Source: an uncultured archaeon (lineage in GTDB: Archaea; Thermoproteota; Nitrososphaeria; Nitrososphaerales; Gagatemarchaeaceae). From it: a stretch of 64,000 nucleotides of DNA. The translations under genes and the position numbers were made by a program. This document shows, in pieces, positions 30,456 through 39,506 of this stretch. Location: contig CAWCYD010000003.1 in assembly GCA_963799775.1 (NCBI GenBank), forward strand, positions 1,600,001 to 1,664,000, in the 5' to 3' direction. Position 1 is the stretch's first letter; every line of letters begins with the position of its first letter. The notes under the pieces are model-generated. The model ran no database searches, was not told the origin of the DNA, and saw only the letters and a program-made list of their open reading frames with translations.

Positions 30456-30791
30456 CTACTTCCGGGGGTTGAGGCGCGGCTCGAGAGCCTCGGGGTTGCC
30501 CTCGGAGATTATCTTGCTTATCTCCTCGTAGACCTTCAGGAAACGGAGTCCCTGCTCGGTGAGCTTGTACTCGCCGTTCTTCTTCTCCAGGCTGATCAGG
30601 CCCCTCTCGATCAGGAAGTGCAGGTACTCCTGCACCTGGGAGTGGGACAGCAACGCGCCATACATCAGCCTCGTCTTCGTTGCGCCAGGGCTCGACGCCT
30701 GCAGAATCATGGCGATTATCTCTGTCCTGCTTCTATATTTCACGACTACGAAATTGACAACGTGCCTCCTCATATTCGTATGCGAAACCAT
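30456..30791 (-). CDS. winged helix-turn-helix regulator (HTH_45-like)
   Basis: YRSRTEIIAMIL..ATKTRLMYGALLS..YKLTEQG. Confidence 0.85.
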   Translation of the reverse strand: MVSHTNMRRHVVNFVVVKYRSRTEIIAMILQASSPGATKTRLMYGALLSHSQVQEYLHFLIERGLISLEKKNGEYKLTEQGLRFLKVYEEISKIISEGNPEALEPRLNPRK

Positions 30792-30876
30792 CTTCTGTAT
30801 TTCGGCCCGGGCTGATTATTCCGGATTCAAGTCCCGGGGAAGGATTAATCGGAGGCCGTGTTACGACAACCCCTCG

Positions 30877-31596
30877 ATGTCAATAAGGCGATTTGGGGTC
30901 GCAAAGACGACCATGGTGCTTGCGACAGTCCTGTTGGTCCTTGCGGCTTCGTTCGGGGCGTCATATCTCAACACAGCATCAATCCTGAACGCTCAGAGCC
31001 AGAGCGTCTCCAGGCTCCAATCAGCGTTCGACTCTCTTGCCTCTCATCCTGAGGTATCCACCGTTATTCAGACGGCCACTACGACATCGACTCGAACGCA
31101 GACCGTCACTTCTCAGTCGAACTTTACCCTTTCAGAGATTTTGACGACCACGAAAACTCTTACTGACACCACTACTCAGACTGAATTCACCTCGACCACC
31201 ACCAGAACCATAGCTAACACAACGATTCCGTGGTCAGGTCTGGATTACATGACAGCGGACTCAGGATGCACCACATACGTGCCAGGCGGCTCGCCTGTTT
31301 ACCCAGTGCCATGCTTCGGCCCGAACTCATCCGCGTACGCCTTTAACTGTGCGGCGGCGGCTGCTACTTCCCAGGGCTGCACCCAGGTCGTCAATATCAT
31401 CGGGACGAGCCCAAAGCCGAATTTCACCATAACCGTGTGGTATCCTTACAACTACCAAGGAGAACAGCTTTCGCAAAACTGCAAATGGACCGAGTCGATC
31501 CCCAATCCGCCAGGCCCTGAAAGCGAATATGCCTACTGCATATCCTTGAACTCGACCGCGTTCTTCGTCACCGAGTCGGCTCCAGGGGTCGCGTAG
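30877..31596 (+). CDS. secreted 'TITVWYPY' domain protein
   Basis: RRFGVAK leader, Thr linker, FNCAAAAATSQGCT..TITVWYPY. Confidence 0.7.
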   Translation: MSIRRFGVAKTTMVLATVLLVLAASFGASYLNTASILNAQSQSVSRLQSAFDSLASHPEVSTVIQTATTTSTRTQTVTSQSNFTLSEILTTTKTLTDTTTQTEFTSTTTRTIANTTIPWSGLDYMTADSGCTTYVPGGSPVYPVPCFGPNSSAYAFNCAAAAATSQGCTQVVNIIGTSPKPNFTITVWYPYNYQGEQLSQNCKWTESIPNPPGPESEYAYCISLNSTAFFVTESAPGVA

Positions 31597-31621
31597 CCAA
31601 TTCCGAGACTCGGGTGTTGAT

Positions 31622-32218
31622 TTGGAGACCGAGAGAAGACAAAGACGTGCGCTGACCGTCGTCGGAATACTCGTCCTTGTTGCCATAGTAGCCCTGAGCG
31701 GCTATGAGTATGGTGTGGTCGTCTCTCTTGGGAGGCAGAATTCGAGCCTCAGCTCCCAGATCTCTGAGTACGAAAACGCCGGGGCAGCGGGCTACAATAA
31801 CCTGTCAGCGGTCGTTCAGGCATTCGATTCACATCTGATGCACTTGGGCGACAGGAACGTCAGCTCGACGGGGAATGATTATGCATCGAACGCTACGATG
31901 ACTTGGGTCGGAAACACCCAAGGATATGGAGGCATCTACACTCCGAGAAACATGATCGAGCTCACATACAAGAGTTTCTTGGGGATGACGACGAACCTCA
32001 CCTACTCGGTCAGGTCCGAAGACACAACCCTCTTCCCGAACGACAGTGCAGCCATCAACGCGAATCTCTTCTTCGCGGGGAACAGCCACTTGTTAGGACG
32101 ATTCAATGGGACGGTAGCCGCGTCCTACACCTACGTCAATCAGCGTGGAACTTGGATAATCTCTAGTGAAGACTCGAATTATACAAGCTTAGATGTGCAA
32201 TACAGTTTTGAGGGCTAA
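31622..32218 (+). CDS. membrane-anchored NTF2/SnoaL-like protein
   Basis: TM then DYASNATMTW.G..G.Y..I...Y and terminal W.I..E pattern. Confidence 0.6.
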   Translation: METERRQRRALTVVGILVLVAIVALSGYEYGVVVSLGRQNSSLSSQISEYENAGAAGYNNLSAVVQAFDSHLMHLGDRNVSSTGNDYASNATMTWVGNTQGYGGIYTPRNMIELTYKSFLGMTTNLTYSVRSEDTTLFPNDSAAINANLFFAGNSHLLGRFNGTVAASYTYVNQRGTWIISSEDSNYTSLDVQYSFEG

Positions 32219-32296
32219 TCAGACGGAATCAATCCCGTCAATCAACCTCTTTCAGACGACGACGGTGAACCGACCTCTAAAGCCCACAACATCGAG

Positions 32297-32749
32297 CTAG
32301 CCAGTCGTCGTCACGTAGGTGGTCGTCGTCACCGTCGACGTATTACCTTGGCATTCCCAACTGGTTACGGTCTGGTCGAAGTGGGTCGTGGTCTCGTACT
32401 TCGTGACGGTCTTGGTGGATGCGGTCTGAGTGTTGTTGAAAGATGTGATCGTTAGGGTCGTAGTAGTGGTCGTGTAGCCAGGAGTGGTGCAGATGGTGGT
32501 TATCGTCGCGATCCCCGTTGCTGACGTGGTCAATGTCTGTGTGACATACTCGGTCTCAATCCTCTGCTGTGGGGTCGAATTGGCCAAACTCGGCAGGCTC
32601 TGGTTCGAAGCGGCGGTGAACACATACTCCTCTACCAAGTTGGGCGAAATTGCCGAAGTCGAAGGTGCTGGACTTGGGGCGAGAGCGTACCCCGCCAGCC
32701 AGGCGACGGCCAGAACGACCACAACTGCGATGACTGAAACTAGGCGCAT
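32297..32749 (-). CDS. small secreted Thr-rich protein
   Basis: signal peptide, Thr-rich. Confidence 0.6.
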   Translation of the reverse strand: MRLVSVIAVVVVLAVAWLAGYALAPSPAPSTSAISPNLVEEYVFTAASNQSLPSLANSTPQQRIETEYVTQTLTTSATGIATITTICTTPGYTTTTTTLTITSFNNTQTASTKTVTKYETTTHFDQTVTSWECQGNTSTVTTTTYVTTTG

Positions 32750-32840
32750 GAGTTCGAGTCGGAATGATCAACTGCCTCTTGGAAAACCATTGCCGAACCG
32801 AATTTGTTCGCGCTTGACTAGAAGCGCCCAGCCATTGTTG

Positions 32841-33557
32841 TCAACCATTTACCACCGTGAAATGCAGGAAGACTAGCGTGCCCCATTCATCTCCGGCTAC
32901 GACTGTGTAGACTCCAGGCGCGAAGGTTGTTACGCTGGTGTCAGTCCCGTTGTAATACCCATGGAAGCTGGCGGTGGCTGATATGGCGACGTAGTCGCAT
33001 CGGATGGTATCGCAATCGGGCAGGAAGCCCGCGATGTCGCTTGAAGGCTGGAAAAGATACCCACTGAGGGTGAGAAAGCCTGGACACCCGTAGATTCCAG
33101 GTGCGTAGAGACCAAGCCACTGCGCAGAGGAGACGTTCCCCGCAACGTAGTTTCCTTGAGCGATCGCCCACCCCATAGGATAGTCAACGGTCCCGCACGG
33201 CCCCGTTGAGAAGATGTGCGCTCCGCCAGCCTCCTTCAGGGCCCAGTTGTTTGAGGAAGTGACGTTGTTGCTCTCGGGAAGAGGATTGCTCTCGCCGACG
33301 CTGACGGAGATGCTCTCGCCGACTTGAATCGTCTTCGCGTTCAAAGATAGAGTCAGCGCCAGGCCGCTTGCGGAGCGCGACGAGACGGATGGGTAGTTCG
33401 GTGCGGAAGTCGTGGTTGAGATGGTTGTCGAGTTTAGGCTGCTTCCTGACTGCTGCGCCAATGAAATCACCCCCAGAGTCCCGACAAGGACGACGATGAC
33501 TATCGCGAATGCCCAGACAGCCTTGGCCAAGCCTGCTCTTCGAGGAGTCATGGTCAC
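32841..33557 (-). CDS. secreted 'GDEWG' family protein
   Basis: GLALTLSLN..NNVTSSNNW..PGVYTVVAGDEWG. Confidence 0.75.
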   Translation of the reverse strand: MTMTPRRAGLAKAVWAFAIVIVVLVGTLGVISLAQQSGSSLNSTTISTTTSAPNYPSVSSRSASGLALTLSLNAKTIQVGESISVSVGESNPLPESNNVTSSNNWALKEAGGAHIFSTGPCGTVDYPMGWAIAQGNYVAGNVSSAQWLGLYAPGIYGCPGFLTLSGYLFQPSSDIAGFLPDCDTIRCDYVAISATASFHGYYNGTDTSVTTFAPGVYTVVAGDEWGTLVFLHFTVVNG

Positions 33558-33583
33558 AAAGGTAACAATCCTTCTAAAAGGGA

Positions 33584-33594
33584 TTTGTCCGAAC
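33584..33594 (-). promoter_or_regulatory. palindrome half-site upstream of TATA
   Basis: on - strand GTTCGGACAAA-TCCCTTTTAG. Confidence 0.65.
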
Positions 33595-33713
33595 AGGGCT
33601 TGGCCGCAAACAGCGAGCCCGAGTCGAGCGATTTTGGCTGAGCAGAAGTTAACAATATCGCCAGCTAGGAAGTCTTATATCGTTGTCCTTCTCGTTGAAC
33701 GAGATGACCATCG

Positions 33714-33923
33714 ATGGAGACAGTGAAGGTATCGAAGAAGTACCAGGTCGTGATACCTGAGAAGCTGCGCGAGGACGCGAAGATCCGACCAGGAGACAAG
33801 ATGTTGGCGATATCGAAGCACGGCATACTCCAATACATCCCTGTGCGCCCGATTGGTAAAACGAAAGGCATGGCGACCGGCATCGATACTAAGGGCCTCC
33901 GTGACGAGCTGGAACGTGCGTGA
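33714..33923 (+). CDS. vapB: AbrB/MazE-type antitoxin (VapB)
   Basis: VKVSKKYQVVIPEKLRE..IRPGD. Confidence 0.85.
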   Translation: METVKVSKKYQVVIPEKLREDAKIRPGDKMLAISKHGILQYIPVRPIGKTKGMATGIDTKGLRDELERA

Positions 33924-34291
33924 TCTGCATAGACAGCTACGGATGGATCGAGCGGTTCACCAACGGTCCAAGGGCATCCCGTTACAACGCGATAATCGAC
34001 CGCGCGCCGGCCGAGGAGATAGTCACGTCCACGATAGTCCTCTACGAGGTCTACAAGAGGGTCAAGCAAGTGAAAGGCGAGGAGCTTGCGCTTCAGGCAG
34101 TAGCGGCACTGAGCGAAACAAAGGTAGTGGAGGTTGATCAGACCATTTCCCTGGAGGCCGCAGACTACAGCCTAGAGCATGATCTTCACATGTCTGACGC
34201 GTTGGTTTATGCGACCGCTCGCCATCATGATGCGGAGCTCTATACGAGCGATGAGGACTTGCGCGAGCTGAAATCGGTCACGTTCATCTGA
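33920..34291 (+). CDS. vapC: VapC PIN-domain toxin
   Basis: IDSYGWIE..YEVY..MSDALVYATA..TSDED. Confidence 0.9.
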   Translation: MICIDSYGWIERFTNGPRASRYNAIIDRAPAEEIVTSTIVLYEVYKRVKQVKGEELALQAVAALSETKVVEVDQTISLEAADYSLEHDLHMSDALVYATARHHDAELYTSDEDLRELKSVTFI

Positions 34292-34311
34292 AGGCCTCAC
34301 GACGGGAAGTC

Positions 34312-34983
34312 CTAGTCTCCCGTCACAAGAGCCACAGCGAAGCCGTCGTAGCCCTTGCTGCTCACGGTGGGGATAGCGGTGGCGCTCACCCGCATCTCAG
34401 ACCCGATGAACTCGAGCAGGCGGCGGTGCCCGAGGACCGCTGGATCCTTGCTCCTTGAATTGAGGACTTCGCCGTCGCGCACCACGTTGTCCACGACGAT
34501 GAGACTGCCGGGTCGGGAGAGATTGAGGGCCCAGGCAAAGTATTCCGCGTAGTTCTCCTTGTCCGCGTCGATGAAGGTAAGGTCGAAAGGACCGGCTCCC
34601 TCCGAGACAAGACGCGGTAGCGACTCTAGCGCCGGCCCGAGACGAACCTCGATATTCGAGAGCCCCGCCCTGGCGATGTTCTTCCTGGCGACTTTGGCGT
34701 GTTTCGCGTCGATTTCGAGCGTGATGAGGCTGCCCCCTGGCTGAAGCGCGCGGGCGAGCCAGATTGTGCTGTAGCCTCCAAGCGTCCCTATCTCCAGGAT
34801 GGACCTTGCCTTCACTGACCGCGCCAGAATCCAGAGCAGTTTGCCCTCGCTGGCAGTGATGTTGATTGGGGGCAGTCCTGAAGCAGAGCTTGCCTCTATT
34901 GCTGCGTCAAGGGCCTCATCGGAGCCGACGAGTTCGCCAGTGAGGAACCTCTCGACCGCGGCCCATTTCTTGACGTCCATCAA
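34312..34983 (-). CDS. SAM-dependent O-methyltransferase (YrrM/CCoAOMT-like)
   Basis: ILEIGTLGGYST, FDLTFIDADK, VVDNV. Confidence 0.9.
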   Translation of the reverse strand: MMDVKKWAAVERFLTGELVGSDEALDAAIEASSASGLPPINITASEGKLLWILARSVKARSILEIGTLGGYSTIWLARALQPGGSLITLEIDAKHAKVARKNIARAGLSNIEVRLGPALESLPRLVSEGAGPFDLTFIDADKENYAEYFAWALNLSRPGSLIVVDNVVRDGEVLNSRSKDPAVLGHRRLLEFIGSEMRVSATAIPTVSSKGYDGFAVALVTGD

Positions 34984-35025
34984 CCACCTGGATGTCGAGG
35001 TACGGGATATTAAGCTCGGGGCGCT

Positions 35026-35385
35026 CTAGACGGCGAGAATCGCATCGACCTTTCTCAATTCATTGGAGACAGGGTCAAACTCCATGCCCATGCCCTCCAG
35101 CGCATGGACGCCGAGCACCTCCTCGTCTCCTTCCTCGGCGAAAACGACGATGGCCGTGACCCTTTCGCCTCCGTAGTCCATCACCACCTCCCCGATTTGG
35201 CGTTTGAGGATTCGATGGTCAACAGTCCGAAAGTTCCTTTCCCTAGTTGGCTGGATGGAAAGGTCTGCTAGAACTCTCCTATCAATCCAGGTGTACGTCG
35301 AGCCTGTGTCAACAAGCAGTCTTACCTTCTTCTTGGCGGTTAGGTCATCTTTGTAGATTGTTGCTTCGACGAACGTGTGGCCCAA
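35026..35385 (-). CDS. clan AA (retropepsin-like) aspartic protease
   Basis: LLVDTGSTYT, VLGVHALE. Confidence 0.8.
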   Translation of the reverse strand: MGHTFVEATIYKDDLTAKKKVRLLVDTGSTYTWIDRRVLADLSIQPTRERNFRTVDHRILKRQIGEVVMDYGGERVTAIVVFAEEGDEEVLGVHALEGMGMEFDPVSNELRKVDAILAV

Positions 35386-35461
35386 ACTAATCCACTCTCT
35401 ATGCTCATGATGTATATTAGCCCCTTTCTCATCAAGCTTTGTAGGAGTCTGCTTTCCGAGC

Positions 35462-35980
35462 TTGAACGTCTTCGTCATCGACTACGGCCAGGACGACCCC
35501 GCAAAGTGCACCGCGAAGAAGATGGCGCACATCGGGCTGGCCACCGAGGTCACAAGGAAGTTCCACGCCTCCAACACCACCATCGTGCTCAACCCCTTCT
35601 CCGGCCAGCTCCTCACCCCGGAGGACGCGAGCTGCAAGTCTATCCTGGCGATTGACTGCTCGTGGAACCAGGCCCAGGAGGTCTTCTTCAGGAAGATAGG
35701 CGGGAAGCATAGGAGGCTCCCGGCGCTGCTCGCTGCGAACCCCACTAATTATTCAAGGCTGGGAATCCTCAGCTCAGTCGAGGCCGTCGCGGCGACGCTC
35801 TTCATCGTCGGGGAGCCAGAGGAGGCAAGAAGATACCTTGCGTTGTATAAATGGGGCCCGACATTTGAAACCCTGAATCACGACCCGTTGGAGGAATATG
35901 CTAGGGCGACTTCCGAGATGGAGATAGACGCAATCGAGAGGAGCTTCTTCCCCCAACTTCACATGGCCCAGGAACGCTAG
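35462..35980 (+). CDS. tsr3: Tsr3 16S rRNA aminocarboxypropyltransferase (DUF367)
   Basis: QDDPAKCT, DCSW, RRLPALLAANPTNY, LSSVEA, KWGPTF. Confidence 0.92.
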   Translation: MNVFVIDYGQDDPAKCTAKKMAHIGLATEVTRKFHASNTTIVLNPFSGQLLTPEDASCKSILAIDCSWNQAQEVFFRKIGGKHRRLPALLAANPTNYSRLGILSSVEAVAATLFIVGEPEEARRYLALYKWGPTFETLNHDPLEEYARATSEMEIDAIERSFFPQLHMAQER

Positions 35981-36141
35981 GTCCCGTCAGGCCACAGCTT
36001 CCTCTTCAGGTCGATTTTCTCTTCGAGTTGCCTCACCCATTCTGGGAACGCCTCTGGTGCCCTATACCACGAAATCAGCAACCTTTTCGTGTAGGCAGCT
36101 TCAACGTTTGCGATCAGCGCGTGCAGTTCTTCGCTTGACAT
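35977..36141 (-). CDS. small hypothetical protein (54 aa)
   Basis: MSSEELHALIANVEAAYTKRLLISWY.. read manually. Confidence 0.35.
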   Translation of the reverse strand: MSSEELHALIANVEAAYTKRLLISWYRAPEAFPEWVRQLEEKIDLKRKLWPDGT

Positions 36142-36316
36142 TCAAGCTCCCTTTCACAGCCCTCTCCGCCCTTTCCTCGTACCATTTCATCGGTTTTTTC
36201 AGCGCATCCTTGAGTAGCCTTTCGAACTCCTCATCTTGAGGTATGCTGACTACATGCTCGTCTCATGTTCCTAAATCTCGTGGAGCTAGATAAACACCCA
36301 CAAACCTGTTCCTAAG

Positions 36317-37502
36317 CAGTATCTCCGAATGAGTGCGGATTTTAGCCGTCGCTCAACAAGTTATGATTTTGGGGCGTAGGGAGTCTTCACCCCGAAGCCT
36401 CAGCTATGATCTCCAATCATCTAGCCAGAGGCTTCGATACCGTCATGATGCGATGCCTGCCCCAGCTACTGTGCTTCGAGGTGAAGCCCAGCTACTTGTA
36501 CACGAAGGCGGACTATATCCGTCTCCTTGTCAACTCGTCTGTACTCAATGCCTACGCGGAAGGAATGAGCAACGTCTCCAATAAGTTTGGAGCCGGGGTA
36601 CCGAACTCCGACACCGCGCTTATGCGCTTCAAGAGCATCGAGAGATACGAGCTCCAGAGCGTCGTCTCCATCGTCCTCGAGGAGCAGGTAGGCGAGCTGA
36701 AGAGAAAGGGGTTGCTGAAGAGACCGGTCCCGATTGCGTTTGATTGGCACGACCAGATGTTTTATGGCGATAATGAGACCGACATGGTCAACGGGACGAG
36801 GCCAAAGGCCGGCTCTTGCTACGCTTACCAGTACCTCACCGCGAGCATCCTCGCCGATGGGAGGAGGCTCACGATCGTCCTGACGCCCATCAAGAGCAGG
36901 GAGTATCTCTTGGATTACATCGAGGACGCCCTCAACCGGATAAGGAACATGGGAATCAGGGTTAGGTATCTCCTCTTCGATGGAGGGTTCTCATCGCTCG
37001 AGCTCCCCTCTTGGCTCCAGGAGAACGGATACCTGTATGCAATCCATTTCACGCCCAACCGGCTGACGAAGAGGATCGACCTCAAGGACGGTCAATCTGT
37101 CTCCTATCCTTGCGACAGACCGTTCAAGCTCGTCAGGGTCGACGACGAGGAGACGAAGATCAGCTACCTCTTCGCCACGAACATGTCGTGCAGGCCGAAG
37201 CGCCTGCTGAAGCGTTACAAGACCCGTTGGGGAGTGGAGACCGCCTACAGAGAGCACAACATCTTCCTTCCGAGGACGAAATCGAAGAGCTTCACGGTTA
37301 GGCTACTCTACTACGCGGTGGCAGTATGCCTATACAACGCATGGTGCATCCTGAACTCTTCAGAGCGCAACGACAATGGAGAGGACGGACGCGACGATGA
37401 AGAGCATATCATCGCATTGGAGGTCAAGGTCTCCCTCCTCCTCACATTCCTAATCCCATTGGCAACCTGACGGAGGTGACCCTATGTCATTCGGAGATAC
37501 TG
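36317..37502 (+). mobile_element. ISH3/IS4-superfamily insertion sequence
   Basis: 16-bp TIRs CAGTATCTCCGAATGA / TCATTCGGAGATACTG, flanking TAAG duplication. Confidence 0.9.
36406..37470 (+). CDS. DDE transposase (ISH3-like)
   Basis: AFDWH, LFDGGF, YKTRWGVETAYR. Confidence 0.9.
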   Translation: MISNHLARGFDTVMMRCLPQLLCFEVKPSYLYTKADYIRLLVNSSVLNAYAEGMSNVSNKFGAGVPNSDTALMRFKSIERYELQSVVSIVLEEQVGELKRKGLLKRPVPIAFDWHDQMFYGDNETDMVNGTRPKAGSCYAYQYLTASILADGRRLTIVLTPIKSREYLLDYIEDALNRIRNMGIRVRYLLFDGGFSSLELPSWLQENGYLYAIHFTPNRLTKRIDLKDGQSVSYPCDRPFKLVRVDDEETKISYLFATNMSCRPKRLLKRYKTRWGVETAYREHNIFLPRTKSKSFTVRLLYYAVAVCLYNAWCILNSSERNDNGEDGRDDEEHIIALEVKVSLLLTFLIPLAT

Positions 37503-37553
37503 TAAGCGCCTCTGAGCGGGAAAGTATTAATCCCCAGGCGGTTTGTGAGGAGT

Positions 37554-37850
37554 GACGCGAGCCGGTGAGCGGGCCACGGGGACCTCCTGGGGAAGTTCCT
37601 CCCTCGCTGCAGGATGCACGACGCCGAGAGACGTAGCTGGAGACGGCTGGCAACAGAACAGAAACGAGACCCGTCCCGTTTAACGCGATGATGGAGAAAT
37701 CCTGAGGTCGGCGGAGACGGGATGAAACGGCTGACCCGTGCAGAGCAAGGCCGAACATGGTCGACGACGCGCCTGCACCAATGACCAAGGTGGGCCGCAT
37801 TAGCTGAATCCCGCCTAAAACAAAAGGAGGACTACGGCCGGGGACGTGTC
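37554..37850 (+). ncRNA. rnpB: RNase P RNA
   Basis: GGGGAAGTTCCTCC pairs with ACAAAAGGAGGAC (P4); GCAACAGAA and TGAAAC conserved regions; AAAGTATTAAT promoter at 37521; ends approximate. Confidence 0.88.
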
Positions 37851-37979
37851 AACGTCGGTGGGAGGGGGCGCAAACCCCCCCTTCCTCCGTCATCCTTCCC
37901 AAGGAGGCATGCCCCCGAGCAACAATCCTACAGAGGCTTAAGAACAGGCGCCCGTATCCATCTACCCTAGCAGGACGCC

Positions 37980-38704
37980 ATGTCATCCGAAGAGCACACG
38001 GAGGTTCTCGAGGGCATCGACAGGATAATCGGCGTCCTGCTCAAGTTCTACTCCAACGCGTCGAGGGTGGACATCCTCGCGGGGTTCGACGACGTGCGCA
38101 AGTCTCCGGACAGGCGGCCCCTCCTCCGGGCCTATGGCGACCTCGGCAAGAGAAAGGTGAAGGTCAGGGCCATCACAAGGATAACCAGCGGCAACCTCCA
38201 GTACCTTGCCTACCTCACGGAGCTCATCGGCAAAGTCGAGTTCAAGCACCTGGACGACGTGAGAGGGGCGTTCGCAGTGAGCGACAAGGAATACGTCGTG
38301 AGCCCGAGCGCGGAGCTCCTCTCGACGCGCCACACGAAGGCCGTGTTCAGCAACGCGCAGGCGCTCGTCACGCAGCAGCAGCTCCTCTTCGACACGCTCT
38401 GGGGGATGGCAAAGCCGATGCAGGCCCGGCTCAAGGAGATCAATCGGGGGACGCCGGCGCAGCTGCCCTCAGCGACTCCCTGGTCATCCTGAAGCTTCTC
38501 GGGAACGACAAGCTCCCTCCCTCGACGATCTACTCGACCTCGGGCCTTGCGATGGGGGACGCGCAGGCGGCCATAGCGCGCCTGTTGCAGGACGGCCTGG
38601 TCGTGATGGGCTCCGACGGGTTCACGAGCCTCCTAGAGGCAACCCCAAAGGGGCTCGAGGTCGTCAAGCAGGGCTGGAAGTCTCTGCTCGACGTCAGGGC
38701 GTGA
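37980..38704 (+). CDS. TrmB/PLD-like sensor domain fused to wHTH (frameshift near 38465)
   Basis: ITRIT..N..HLDDVRGAFAVSDKEY..QQQLLFDTLW; other frame AIARLLQDGLV..ATPKG to TGA at 38704. Confidence 0.6.
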
Positions 38705-38710
38705 GGCGCG

Positions 38711-39502
38711 CTAGGACTCTCTGGCGGGGCGGAGCGAAGTCTTCCTCGGCCTGCAGTAGAGGCCCTCGACCCCCGTCATCATGAGCTTCCCCGCGTTCTG
38801 GGCGCCTGCCTGCTCCTGGGTCACCCCCTCGCTCTTGTGGTCCCACGAGTACTTCTCCATCCTCTCGTTGAGCACCGTGTCGACGGCTCCCAGGCGTGCG
38901 AGCTCGGACTTGACAAGCAGCGACCAGGTCGCCTCGGGGTTCTTCAGGCCCGACGATGGGAGGAGCCTCATAACCGAGACAAAGTGCGGGACGCAGAGCG
39001 CGTCCGACTTGGCATACCTGTCGGCGAGATCGTTCCCCTCGAGGAGCTTGAGGAGGCTGGCTATCCTCTCCTTGTCGGACCTCAGGAGCTTCTCGCAGAC
39101 GGGGCAGACCGACTGGCCGTAGAGCGTCCTCTCGAGCTTGCCTATCACCGAGGTCATCTGCTCCTTCCCGAACCCGCCCGAGCTCCCCTTCACTTCTGCA
39201 AGGAGCGCGGTGATGTCCCCGTCGATCTTCTTCAGGACGAGCTGGGCGCTCGACGCTCCGCCGAACGACGCGTCGCCCTTTGACGAGGTGGCCCTCTGGA
39301 TGACGTAGGTGTGCCTGTTGCAGAAGCCCGTCGACGCTATGATCTTCTCCCTCATCTCGGAGTTGGAGCGGGCGCCGTCGTTGGCTATCATGGCGACCAT
39401 CGCCTCCTCGTCGCGCGTCCAGAGGGAGCATAGGGTGCAACCGCGCTTGCCCTCGGAAATCGCTTCTGATACCTCGTTGGTGAGGCTGCTCATGCTCGCC
39501 AT
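38711..39502 (-). CDS. DUF6062-like protein
   Basis: CTLC..GFCNRH..CPVC..LCVPH. Confidence 0.7.
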   Translation of the reverse strand: MASMSSLTNEVSEAISEGKRGCTLCSLWTRDEEAMVAMIANDGARSNSEMREKIIASTGFCNRHTYVIQRATSSKGDASFGGASSAQLVLKKIDGDITALLAEVKGSSGGFGKEQMTSVIGKLERTLYGQSVCPVCEKLLRSDKERIASLLKLLEGNDLADRYAKSDALCVPHFVSVMRLLPSSGLKNPEATWSLLVKSELARLGAVDTVLNERMEKYSWDHKSEGVTQEQAGAQNAGKLMMTGVEGLYCRPRKTSLRPARES

Positions 39503-39506
39503 GTTC

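Noticed and set aside
4539-33557. Diversity-generating retroelement behind the surface-protein diversity
   Set aside because: No reverse transcriptase and no TR/VR pair with adenine-specific mismatches seen.
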